A stretch of 64,000 nucleotides of DNA, taken from Macrostomum hystrix (lineage: Eukaryota > Animalia > Platyhelminthes). This document shows, piece after piece, positions 24,374-34,946 of the stretch. The position numbers and the translations under genes are program-made. Within the stretch, counting starts at the first letter, position 1. Each line of letters begins with the position of its first letter. Below the pieces are notes generated by a model. The model ran no database searches. It saw only the letters and a program-made list of their open reading frames with translations, and was not told the DNA's origin. Location: positions 9,238,001 through 9,302,000 of the forward strand of contig CATNEN010000025.1 in NCBI GenBank assembly GCA_950097015.1, written 5' to 3'.

Positions 24374-26050
24374 ATGATGAACAAGTGCTCCGCATTCAGC
24401 TGCAAGAGTGGGTACGCAAGTCCAACAATACCAAACTATGTAAACTTTTGCTCCTTTTTGCTAAACAATCCACATCTTCTTGAAGAATGGGAGAAAGCCA
24501 ATCCCTGTAAAGATTTTAAGCCACCAAAGTTTACAAAAAATGTGATTGCTGCACTTTTTCTGTTAGACTGTGCATATGTCTTGTGACTCCTGTATCAGTT
24601 GGCACAAAAGGGACTGCAACTTGCTGAAGAAGCAATACTTAATGCCCGAAGCAGTGCCAATGATTTTTTTAAAATGTGCCGGCATACTTGTCAATGCCTT
24701 GGCAGCCAGGTGTGGCATGTCTTTAGCATCATCTTTGGCTGGCCTCGAGATTGAGACTCTATTGCTGACTGCTTACTTGAGGCGATTGTGGAGTTGCTTG
24801 ATGCAGAATCAACCTGTTGGATTTCACAACCATTTGCAACAGCCAGCTATGCATACCTACATGCTCGGCACCAAGTCTGCCTGCTAAATTTCCTGATCTA
24901 TTTACATTTTTTAAACCTCATGGCAAAAGTGAAGAACTGGAAGGAGAATCTTGAGATGTCTTAACTGTTGTAGCAATTCGACGGCATCCTTGATTTAGCT
25001 CAGGATAATCTATCGAATGGGCTAGATCTAAAGGAAGACAGATCAATGAGGTCTTTTAGAGAGCAGCTGCAGCTGAGCTGAACCAAGAAACCTGCAAGAA
25101 GTTATTTGCAATATAGTCATGTGCTATATGGTTTACATGATTAGTGCTACAGCTTACAGAGCTCTACATGATTCAGAAATTCTTAATCTACCATCCATGA
25201 GAACATTGAGCAATTTCACTAGAAAAGTTAAAAACGATGGCCTAAATACCCATGCCTACTTACACCTCCAAGTAAGTAAGCTGACCCAGATGTAGCAAGT
25301 GGTGATTGCTGATAATTGATGAGATTTACATTGCAAATTGCATTGAATACTATGCAGGACAAATACACAGTGTTGATGATAAAAAAATAGCTTCGACATA
25401 ATTTTGCTTCATGACCAAGTTGATTGCCAGCAAGTAGAAGGATATTGGTATCCATGTGTGCCATTGCCCACTTTACAGCAAAGAAGCTTTAGAAGTGCTT
25501 ATAGAGTTGCTTTGGAGTCTTCATTGCAGCTGTGAATAGGAAGTTTGTCACTGGCTAAATTTGTGTCTATGATCTGATGACATTGGTTATTGACTGGGTC
25601 TGCATGGCATTCGGCTAGCTACTTAAAAAGCCAGACTCAACAATGACATCCCACCAATCTGCCCCAGTTGTGAACAGCAAGAAGAAATGACCTGCCATCT
25701 TTTTGCCTGCACTGCCCTGCTTTGCTGACCACCTTCACCCACTGACCTCTGGACTAGGCCAGTTGAGATAATGGCGTTCATCGAGCCTGCCTTCCCTGGT
25801 GCTGGCTCAGGAGTGGAACCACCACACTAATATGCTAATACCACAAGCTTATTTATGATTAATGATTAAAATTGATTGATGATTAATTTCTCGAGTGCTT
25901 CTTTTGATGCTCTAATGGCCACAAGATTGAAAAAGGTGTGTGGAAGTCCTTAAAATGTATAATGAATAATTTGTCCAAAGACCTGTCTGTAGGAATCAGC
26001 ACTGGCAGAAGAAGCAGGAAGCTAGCAAAGCTTTTTGGTCTTGCTAGTGG
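24374..26050 (+). mobile_element. Fossil THAP-domain / P-element-like DNA transposase
   Basis: THAP N-terminus MMNKCSAFSCKSGY...W...; shifted-frame AVPMIF; catalytic-region LIIDEIYI...EYYAG...FCFM (~25310-25420); C-terminal IMNNLSK...RKLAKL (~25960-26035). Many stops and frameshifts. Confidence 0.7.
25540..25870 (+). mobile_element. 3' fragment of a LINE (CCHC zinc knuckle) nested in the P-like fossil
   Basis: Translation ARLNNDIPPICPSCEQQEEMTCHLFACTAL at ~25630-25725, followed by an AT-rich simple tail. Confidence 0.55.
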
Positions 26051-26216
26051 AACAAAGACATTGATCTTTGTACCTTTGTTGCTTCATATACTAACTGTAA
26101 AGTGTAAACATCATTTTTACATTAAATTGTGTATCATATACAAGAGTACTGGGATTACTCTTTAAGTCTATGTTTCTTTCTGGCCTTCATGATGCCTTAT
26201 AGAGTTTACCTAACAT

Positions 26217-26242
26217 TATATATATATATATATATATATATA
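26217..26242. repeat. (TA)n microsatellite
   Basis: Direct reading. Confidence 0.9.
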
Positions 26243-28323
26243 TGCCTATACAGAGACTAGGCTCTAATGCATAGAGCATGGCCTTATTTCTTTATAGCAA
26301 GGCTAGCTATTATTCCTTTCATACATGCGCAACCTCCCAAATCTTAGCTAGCCGTGCGACTTAGTTTTTGCTCTATTTACAACTTAGTTACTTTCATTGC
26401 TCTATTTACGACTTAGTTTGCTCTCACTTGCTCTCTTTTTCTCTCCCCTTTTTCCTCTTCTTCACGCCTTCCTTTTTTGTCCCTTGGTCCCCCCTTTGAT
26501 TTTTTTGTGCTTGGTTGATTGGTTTTTGTGACTTACCTTGCTTGGCCCTCGTTTCACCCGGCCAGTTTGGCCAGGTCAGTTGGGTGTTGCGCATGTACGA
26601 TTCCTTTTAAAACATACTTTAAATTACACTTACTAGGCCTACAAGGCCTAGCTAAATCTTAAAATATTATAACAAGGCCTAGGCCTAGGGCCTATCTATA
26701 TTAAAATGTCTAGCTAAGCTATGGAATCTTTGAGCCAATCATTATTAGTCAAGCAAGTATTATTGACAGCTAGTAGTATGATTATAAACCTGGAGATAAT
26801 CAATATAGCAAAATGTGGCTAAGGCAATGAGTAGGACTAGCTAGCAAAAACCAAGACAATTTTATAAATTAGAACAGATAGGCCTATGTAGGGATCCAGG
26901 CAGGTTGTATTATTATTGGATTAATCAATAAATAAGTAAAGTTAAAAACAGACAGAATAGGAGTGAGAAATAATAAATCTGACTTAGTTTGAGAGGCTGT
27001 TTAGTCCTAGCTATGCTAATTCAACCTAAAGCGTTAACAGAGCACTGAAAATGGGACTGGAAATCGCCTTGAGATCTCTAAAAGGACTCTTCCCTTAAGA
27101 GAAGGGAAGATTAAGATCGCTTAAGATCCCTTAAGATCCGCTTATTTTCTTTTTTTAACATCGGCATGCTTCTTTGACAAAATGTAGAACCATTTTTGTG
27201 ACAAACATCTTAATTACGAATATAAAAGTTCTGCAAAATAGATTTAATTTTTTTAAAACGATTTTTGTTTAATTCATTTTTGTCTGTACGCTATAATTTG
27301 TTTATCTCCTTTCTCGACGAATTCGTTGCATTCATGCAGTTGTCACTATCGACATTCTTTTTTAGATTTAAGAATGATATTAGATTGGGCCGAATTCAAT
27401 TTTTGTTCAGTTCAAACAACTGAACTTTTCAGTTGTTAGTTTAAAGATAATGCGCAGTAAAAATGTTTTGTTAAGAAATGCATCCATTGAACTAGCGTTT
27501 GAGCTGCTTTTAGCACTAGTTAAGGCCGAATGTTCAAACGAGTGAATACCAAAGGACCATGCAGTAGAAAAAGAGGTTATTCTAGAAATAGTGGTCCTTG
27601 ATGAATACTTGTACATCATCAAAAAGCAAAAGATGATGACGCATGTGGTTACATCGTTTTGAAATAGTTTTTATTAGTAAACTTGTATACATTCTTGCAA
27701 CTCATATCTTTAATATGCAACTCATATGTACTCTTTCTGCGCACTTTCAGCTAATGCTAATGTGAACCTCTGTCCTCATGCATGGTTTTAAATAATTGGT
27801 TGCACGCATATTAATTCAATGTTTTGAATGCGTATGTGCTCCCAAAATGTTTATTTAATCTATTCTACTTTTCGTTTACTGAATGCATTTAAATGAGATT
27901 TGATTTACCAACATTTGAGCTGTTTTTCTGTTGTTTACTACTTGGTAATATTTTGTCTGTTTACGCTAAAAACTGGCTTCGAACTTAAATATATTAGCGG
28001 AAGTAGGTAACGCATGAATTTTGCCAAACTCTGTTACTTGAAATTTCGATTAGCTGATGCCCGATGTCCCCGATGATTAGATTGAGACTGGTAAAAGGGA
28101 TCTGTCAGAGGCTCGTCTAAATACGCTCGTATAGCGTCAACCACGACCCTCGCTGGCCAACAGAATTTGAGAGACAGAATTTAAGAAATTTGACTGCGGC
28201 TATCCCACCATAAAATAACGGCGGATAACTTGACTTAGCTTGACTTAGCTGCAGGGGGCATCTTCCGGATGCAGCGGGGAGGCGTTGCCGCCCATTCCGC
28301 TAGCCCCTGGCGACCACGGGCAA

Positions 28324-31300
28324 CTAGAGCTGCGGTGTCGCGCAGGGGGATCCGGTGGTGCCGGCGTCCGCAGCGCGGTCCTCCTCCGGAGTGTCCAGGA
28401 GGTGGAGGGTTGCTCGCCCGGTGGCCCTCAGGTATCGGACGAGCTGGCAGATGTTCTCAGGCCTGAAAACGTCGGGGAGATCCGGGTTTGGGCCGAGATA
28501 GGTGAGCCGGTCCTGAGTGAAGGCGGGGCAGTCGCAAATAAAATGCTCTGCATCCTCAACATAGGAGAGGCAGAAGGGGCATTCCTCACTGCGGATTTTG
28601 CCTTGCAGGAAGCGGTGCCTGGCGAAACAGCCATGGCCAGAGAGGGCCATGGTGACTGCCCTGATGTCCTTGCGGTTCAGTCCAAGCAAGGCTTTGCGAA
28701 GGGCAGTGGAGGGACAAGGGACAGCAGCGCGAGACTGCCGACAATCGGCGGTGTTGATCCATCTGTCCTTGTGTTTTGAGGTCACCCACTGGTTAATCCG
28801 AGTGTTGACGACGGCGGTAGGGGTGGAGACCGCAGGCACGGGGCCAAAAAGCGAGCCCGTCGAACCGGCCTTGGCGAGGCTGTCGGCCAATTCGTTACCA
28901 GGGTGGCCAGAGTGCCCTGGAATCCACCTTAGGGACACCTTGTTGTGGGTCCCTAAGCGGTTGAGTTGCGCGACGCAGTCGAGGACTGTGCGCGAGCAGG
29001 TGTGCGTGCGTCCAAGGGCATGGATCGCCGCCTGGCTGTCCGAGTGGAGGAAGATTTCCGCTCCATGGACGTTTTGGTTGATCAGCTCCAGGGCGCAGGA
29101 GCTGATGGCGAGAACTTCGTTCTGGAAGACGGTAGAGTTTATGCCGGTGTGCTGGGAGAAGGTCGCCAAAGTTTTCCCTCCGGACATAATGCAGTAGCCG
29201 AAACCAGAGATCGAGTTGATTTGCGATCCGTCGGTGAAGCAGTGAATTTCACGGGGTTGGCCGTGGTCACGTACTTCCTGTCGAGGCGGAATGCTGGTTT
29301 TGAATTTTTGCGGTGGGCACAGCGTCGACGGGATTCCGTCGGAGAGAATTTTGAGACCTCCTGCTGCGTCCAGGTCCCGTAGGCTGAGGTCGCCATGGGG
29401 CTGGAGGTTCCGCTTGCTGAAGGCAAGTTGCTTCCGGATGGAGATACCCGCGTCCAGAAGACGACGAGCCGTCTTCATCGCCTCCCCCTTGATAAAAAGA
29501 TCTAAAGGGGGAAGGTCCAGGAAGGCATTCATGCCAGCGAAGGGAGTGGAGGGTGCCGCACTCATGATGGCTCGACAAGCACGGCCCTGCACCTTGTTTA
29601 GGGCCTCCAGGACCCCTTTGGTCTCCAGGGCACTATTCCAAATGAAGCCGGCAAAAGAGATGGCCGGTCTTACAATGGTAGTGTAAATCCACCAGAGACG
29701 GCGGGGGGTGAGGCCCCAGGTGGCGCCGAAGGCTCTGCGAATCTGCGCGAGCGTCGCAAGAGCTTTACGGGTTTTGAATTTGACGTGAGGTGTCCAGCTC
29801 AACCTGTGGTCGAGGATGACACCTAAGCATCTGGTTTGCTTCTCCATGGCGATTGGTTTGTCATAGAGAAGGAGAGGCTCAATCCTCCAGTTTCGTTTGC
29901 TGGTGAACATAATGGCGACGGTCTTGGACTCAGAGAGTTTGAGGCCGCAGCCATTGGCCCAGCGTTCGGCACGGTGGATGAAAGCTTGCAGAAGGTCTCT
30001 AAGGACCGGGGGAGACGGTCCGGCCACGGTGGCGGTGACGTCGTCAGCATAGCCGATTTTTTGGACCGGGTCCGGGTCAGGGCTGCAGAGCAGTTCGTCC
30101 ATGACAAGGTTCCAAAGGATCGGACTGAGAACGCCACCCTGCGGGCCTCCCTTCTGGACATTCACAGAACGGGAGTGTCCAAGCAGGTGCGAGGTGGCAG
30201 TTCGGTGAGAGATCATATACATGATCCAGCGGGTGAGGTGCTCGTGCGTAGCCCGGCGTTCCAGGGCTCGCCTAAAGGCTCCGAAGAGCACATTGTCGAA
30301 GGCACCATCAATGTCGAGGAAAAGCGAGAGAGCAAAACCGGTGCCAAGCACGGCGCGCTCCAGCTTGTCGACGATGGCATGCAGAGCACTTTCGATGGAA
30401 CGTCCGGATCGAAAGGCGTGCTGGTTGGCGGAGAGCGGGGAGTTCCTCAGCTCAACGTGAAGGAGGCGCCAAAGAACAAGCCTTTCAAGCAGCTTAAGAA
30501 AGAAAGATGTTAAGCTGATGGGGCGGAAGGCTTTGGCGGAGTGGTAGTCTCCCTTCCCAGGTTTGGGGATGAAGACGATAGTGGCTTCCTGCCAAGACCT
30601 GGGTACGTACCCGAGGGTGATACAGGCCTTGAACAGGTTGCAAAGGAGGCCGAGGAACCTGTCATTTTTTACCGCTTCATGTAGGAAGGCGGGGTAAATG
30701 TTGTCAGGTCCAGGCGACTTAAAAGGCGAGAAGGAGTTAGCAGCGCGAGCTGTCCGTTCTCTAGTGATAATAGTTGTCGCAAGGATGTGCCCACCCGGAG
30801 TGTGGTCCGGCGGGTCCTGAAGCGGCGCAGTCTGGGGGAAGGCGCTGGCGAGCATGATGTCCAGCGATTCGCCAGGATTCTCAGCAAGCCGGCCGTCCGG
30901 TCTTTTGATCACTGAGAGCTTCGACATTTTGTCAAGAGTGAGCGCTTTTACAACGCGAGAAGTTGGGCGGGCGCCCTCCAGCTCGGAGCAGTATTGGCGC
31001 CACTTTTCGGACTTCGCTTTCCTGGTGTCACGCTTAAAGTCACGAATCGCATTCTGGTAGGCGGTCAGGTCAGCTTGGTCCTTGCTTTTCCGCGCAATCC
31101 GCTGGAGGGATTTGGCCTTTCGCCGGAGGGTTCCAAGCGCTGGGTTCCACCAGGGAGCGGATTTTTTGCCTTTGTAGGCTTTAAGAGGGCAAGAGGTTTC
31201 ATGAGCTGTCAAGATGGTCATGCTGAGTAGATCAGCCAGATCGTCCACTTCTTGACAGGTGGCAGGAACAACGGATTCTAACTGGTTGGTCTGGCGCTTC

Positions 31301-32028
31301 ACGGATTCCGCAAAGGCCGTCCAGTCAGTATTCCGGGCGTTCCTTTTCCACAGAATACCAGGCTTGGAGTAGGAGCTTAGCAACCGGAAACGAATGAAGC
31401 GATGGTCAGACAGAGATTCCTCTTCGTCCCACACCTGCCAGTTCCTAATCAGAGGGATCAGGCCCTGAGAGGCGAGGGTGGCGTCAAGGACCTCCGTCCA
31501 TCGTCCATTGTCAAAGGTGGGTGTGCCACCCGAGTTGCAGAACTCAATATTGGTGGTGCAGATGTAGGCAAGGAGATCCTCGCCTCTGCAGTTGGAGGTA
31601 ACACTGCCCCAGTGGGTGTGGTGGGCATTTATGTCGCCTGCCACCAGCAGCTCAAAGTCGCGGTCTGAGCAGTAGTCCACGAGGGAAGTGAGACTGGGCG
31701 GAACCGCAGGACCGTCGCCAGGAATGTATATAGAGGCGATGATGACGGTGCGGTTCGGGAGAATGTGGTTGGTTTGGATGACACAGAGGTCTTTGTCAGA
31801 GAGGTCTGGTCTATACCAAGCTTTTAGATCGGTAGTCGCGAACACAGCAGCCCTGGGGTTTTGGGGCATGAAAAAACAGTCAAAACCAGCAGGAATGTTC
31901 GGAATCTTACCTTTCTTCGTCCAGGGCTCTTGGAGGAGGATGATGCCCGGTTTTTCGAAGTCCACCACACGCGCCAGGTTGGTCGAGGCCGCGATGCAGT
32001 GGTGCAGGTTCAGCTGCAGGAAGCTCAC
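28324..32028 (-). CDS. LINE ORF2: APE endonuclease - reverse transcriptase - RNase H - CCHC knuckle (1234 aa, GTG-initiated)
   Basis: FLQLNLHH...LLQEPW, GDINAHH, SDHRFI (EN); [27 protein letters not shown] (RT); FTDGS, SDSQAA, WIPGH, GNELAD (RNase H); CPFC...HFICDC. Confidence 0.95.
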   Translation of the reverse strand: MSFLQLNLHHCIAASTNLARVVDFEKPGIILLQEPWTKKGKIPNIPAGFDCFFMPQNPRAAVFATTDLKAWYRPDLSDKDLCVIQTNHILPNRTVIIASIYIPGDGPAVPPSLTSLVDYCSDRDFELLVAGDINAHHTHWGSVTSNCRGEDLLAYICTTNIEFCNSGGTPTFDNGRWTEVLDATLASQGLIPLIRNWQVWDEEESLSDHRFIRFRLLSSYSKPGILWKRNARNTDWTAFAESVKRQTNQLESVVPATCQEVDDLADLLSMTILTAHETSCPLKAYKGKKSAPWWNPALGTLRRKAKSLQRIARKSKDQADLTAYQNAIRDFKRDTRKAKSEKWRQYCSELEGARPTSRVVKALTLDKMSKLSVIKRPDGRLAENPGESLDIMLASAFPQTAPLQDPPDHTPGGHILATTIITRERTARAANSFSPFKSPGPDNIYPAFLHEAVKNDRFLGLLCNLFKACITLGYVPRSWQEATIVFIPKPGKGDYHSAKAFRPISLTSFFLKLLERLVLWRLLHVELRNSPLSANQHAFRSGRSIESALHAIVDKLERAVLGTGFALSLFLDIDGAFDNVLFGAFRRALERRATHEHLTRWIMYMISHRTATSHLLGHSRSVNVQKGGPQGGVLSPILWNLVMDELLCSPDPDPVQKIGYADDVTATVAGPSPPVLRDLLQAFIHRAERWANGCGLKLSESKTVAIMFTSKRNWRIEPLLLYDKPIAMEKQTRCLGVILDHRLSWTPHVKFKTRKALATLAQIRRAFGATWGLTPRRLWWIYTTIVRPAISFAGFIWNSALETKGVLEALNKVQGRACRAIMSAAPSTPFAGMNAFLDLPPLDLFIKGEAMKTARRLLDAGISIRKQLAFSKRNLQPHGDLSLRDLDAAGGLKILSDGIPSTLCPPQKFKTSIPPRQEVRDHGQPREIHCFTDGSQINSISGFGYCIMSGGKTLATFSQHTGINSTVFQNEVLAISSCALELINQNVHGAEIFLHSDSQAAIHALGRTHTCSRTVLDCVAQLNRLGTHNKVSLRWIPGHSGHPGNELADSLAKAGSTGSLFGPVPAVSTPTAVVNTRINQWVTSKHKDRWINTADCRQSRAAVPCPSTALRKALLGLNRKDIRAVTMALSGHGCFARHRFLQGKIRSEECPFCLSYVEDAEHFICDCPAFTQDRLTYLGPNPDLPDVFRPENICQLVRYLRATGRATLHLLDTPEEDRAADAGTTGSPCATPQL

Positions 32029-32063
32029 CCCAGGAGGGGCGGTCCGTGCGGCTATCTGCTGGC

Positions 32064-33551
32064 CTACGGCGAGTTGTTCAGGAGCGATTCCTCGTCCTCG
32101 CCGGTGTTTTGCCCGAGCTCCATCGGTTCCTCCTGAATCGGATCCAGAGTTGAGGCCGGGGCTGCCGCAACAGCGGCGTCCGTGTCCTCAACCCGGTTTT
32201 CCGCTGGGGGTTCCGATGAAACATTGGGCCGGGTGGTGCTGCGGTGGCGTCCACTGTTGGGGTCCGACAGCTGTCTGGCGCGCTGAGTCAAGCCAGCACG
32301 GATGGTGTTACGGGCGGGTTTCCGGCCCTTACCACGTCCGCCTGTCGTTGCGGCTCGCGCGGCTTTGCCCCTGATAGGGTCCGCATCCTCGGAGTGGTCG
32401 TGACGATCAGGAGTCTGTGTTCCAGGGCGCAGGGGCCCGGCAGAGCTCTGGTTCGTCCGTTTCCGCTTTTCCGGGGGCGGCGGGCGAGTGGCGTCGGACT
32501 CGAAGCTGAAAATCTGCATTCGAGTGAGGCCTGCACTGATGTAGGACATGTCTGGGCAGCGGAGCATCCAGCTGTCCGACAATCCTAGGATGGCCGTGAA
32601 ACCGTCTCCACCAGGTCTGGTGATGGTTTCATGAACCACGACACCGTTTGCTGGCAGATCCGGGTGGATTGCCAACAGCAGGCGGCGCAGTTCTCCGGCG
32701 TTGGTGATGGCGCTGCGAGCTGGAATCCAAACACGATGACGGTGTGTCTGGGGGCGCTCGTCCTCCCTGTAGATAAACAGGTTGCCCATTTCCGTGCCCC
32801 AGTCGAAGGATTTCAGCATCTCGAGGAGTTGCTGTCCGGACTGGTTGTCGGCAGGCTGGACAATGAGGGCTTGGTCCTGGATGTCGGTCTTCAGGACGTG
32901 CAGTACAGTGCCGCTCAGTGCCAGTTTGACCAGATGGGAGTCCAATCTGCGCCAGATCTGGTCGAGTTGCGCTGTTGTGAGGGGCGTCTCCTGGCCTCGG
33001 ATAACCAAGGCCGGCTGCCTCTTTGCCATAGCAGCGTAAGTGCGCTTTGGCCTTGTGGTTTGGCCGGCGCCTCCCGCAACGGGCCCCCCAGCAGTCGTCG
33101 GAGTTTCCGGATGACTGTGAGAGGTTCCGCCGCGAGAGGAACCGGATGCCCCAGAGGCCTGGGCGGCACTTTTCCGCGCTTCCGGGTTTCCCGGACGGCG
33201 CGAGGAGTCCGCCTCCTTGTTGGGTGCCGGTTCCTCCGCGATGTTCGCAGAGTTGCCGGCCCCCTCCTCGGAGGCGGTGGTTGGCGCGGATTTCGCAGCC
33301 AACCGTACTTCCTGTTTTCGCCGCCGGAATTCCTGGAGGCGGGCGAGGCTGCGGGCTTGCGTGGAAGGGGAGCGTTTGCTCTTTGATCCAGCCGCTCTGG
33401 TGTTTTCCTGAGTGGCGGAGGAGCAGGATGAATTTTGGGCGCCGGTGGAACCGGTGTCGCCCTGGCGCTGGTCCTGAGGATCTGCGTCGCCGGCCGGGGT
33501 CGGCGTTTCAGCAGGGTCCTGGGACGTGCTGGAGCTGTAGTGGGACTCCAT
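32064..33551 (-). CDS. LINE ORF1 (495 aa), without CCHC knuckles; central domain reminiscent of LOA-clade ORF1 (DUF4780-like)
   Basis: Long ORF directly upstream of ORF2 and inside the TSD-bounded element, with low-complexity termini and an RTYAAMAK motif. The DUF4780 resemblance is from memory and was not searched. Confidence 0.8.
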   Translation of the reverse strand: MESHYSSSTSQDPAETPTPAGDADPQDQRQGDTGSTGAQNSSCSSATQENTRAAGSKSKRSPSTQARSLARLQEFRRRKQEVRLAAKSAPTTASEEGAGNSANIAEEPAPNKEADSSRRPGNPEARKSAAQASGASGSSRGGTSHSHPETPTTAGGPVAGGAGQTTRPKRTYAAMAKRQPALVIRGQETPLTTAQLDQIWRRLDSHLVKLALSGTVLHVLKTDIQDQALIVQPADNQSGQQLLEMLKSFDWGTEMGNLFIYREDERPQTHRHRVWIPARSAITNAGELRRLLLAIHPDLPANGVVVHETITRPGGDGFTAILGLSDSWMLRCPDMSYISAGLTRMQIFSFESDATRPPPPEKRKRTNQSSAGPLRPGTQTPDRHDHSEDADPIRGKAARAATTGGRGKGRKPARNTIRAGLTQRARQLSDPNSGRHRSTTRPNVSSEPPAENRVEDTDAAVAAAPASTLDPIQEEPMELGQNTGEDEESLLNNSP

Positions 33552-33684
33552 AGGTCGCTGGAAAAAGAGAAAGAAGAGAATAAAAATAAAAACCGCTAAT
33601 GGCCGGATAGACTCCCCGGACCTTTCAGCCCCTCAGCGCGGTGAGACCTTAGGCATAAGAGGACACCTAAAGCAGTGCCAGGCC

Positions 33685-34240
33685 CGCAGACTGGCTGCGT
33701 ACCCTGTTGAGGTCGAAGGGTGACACCTGTCCCTCAGAGCCGTAGCCAGAGGTACCTGATCACGCACAGGTGCACGAGCGCTGCGGACTGGCCGCATACC
33801 CTGTTAAGGTCAAAGGGTGACACCCTTCCCTCAGAGCCGTAGCCAGAGGTACCTGATCACGCACAGGTGCGCGAGACGCTGCGGACTGGCCGCATACCCT
33901 GTTAAGGTCAAAGGGTGACACCTTTCCCTCAGAGCCGTAGCCAGAGGTACCTGATCACGCACAGGTGCACGAAAACTGCGGACTGGCCGCATACCCTGTT
34001 AAGGTCAAAGGGTGACACCTTTCCCTCAGAGCCGTAGCCAGAGGTACCTGATCACGCACAGGTGCGCGAGACGCTGCGGACTGGCCGCATACCCTGTCAA
34101 GGTCAAAGGGTAACACCTCTCCCTCAGAGCCGTAGCCAGAGGTACCTGATCACGCACAGGTGCACGAAAGCTGCGGACTCGCCGCATACCCTGTTAAGGT
34201 CAAAGGGTGACACCTTTCCCTCCAGCCAGGGCTAGAGGTA
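33685..34240 (-). repeat. 97-98-bp tandem monomers (~5.5 copies) in the LINE 5' UTR
   Basis: On the + strand, CTGCGGACT recurs at 33781, 33879, 33976, 34074 and 34171. Confidence 0.92.
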
Positions 34241-34946
34241 CCCAGTTTGGCCAGAGGCCCTGGATGGGTCATCCAGCGCTGTTGCCCATTCTGTCCGGCT
34301 GCCCTAGGGTCAGCCTTGAACACTCGCGGGACGTGTACCCATGGGTCAGCTGACGGGACAGCGTGGAGGGATCCCTGCACCCGGAGGTACAGGGCTCCTT
34401 CCTGCCAGGCCTGCTCAAAAAACGACTGCAGGTGTGAGGCATCGCAGACCTTAGCCCGTAGGCCTGGTCTGACTCATACCACACAGGCATTGTGTCCCGC
34501 CGGTGCGAGCAACGGCGGATAAAGTAGTGAAAAAAGTTTTTGCTTCACAGGCCCGTACTCATGAAATATTCCAAGCTAATTGACGACTCTAGTCTTTCTT
34601 TCACATTTCTCTCCCGATCTGTGAATTTTCACCAAAGATTTGACCTAACTCGCATTACTCGGCTTTTATTTGCGGTCTATAAGTAGTCCAATCATGAATC
34701 TGCAACTTCTCATCGATCACCTCTGTCTCTCTCTCTCGTACCCTCATCTATTCTCTTGAGGCTTGGCCAATGAGGAGCTCAGGCAAAGAGTCCCTCAAGA
34801 AATCGTACTTAATAGGCTTTACATTGTATATCATATATATGATATACAATGATTTACTCATATATTTGAGTTTTCCAAAGCCCTAAGGACTAGAGTTATT
34901 TTCAAATTTCTAAAAATACGACTGAAGAATTACCCGAGGATCAGGA

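Larger units (their letters stand above)
28229..34510 (-). mobile_element. Full-length non-LTR retrotransposon (R1/LOA-like, RNase H-bearing), 6282 bp, 12-bp TSD
   Basis: AACGGCGGATAA flanks both ends (28217-28228 and 34511-34522). Two intact ORFs, a 3' tail of (CTAAGTCAAG)2 on the element strand, and tandem monomers in the 5' UTR. Confidence 0.93.

Noticed and set aside
26900-28200. AT-rich stretch with short ORF 27407-27622 and GATC-rich short repeats
   Set aside because: No recognisable protein motif or terminal inverted repeat pair could be established.
28269-33553. Many plus-strand ORFs antisense to the LINE (e.g. 29836-30513, 31688-32374, 32631-33386)
   Set aside because: Shadow ORFs of a GC-rich coding sequence, with no motifs of their own.
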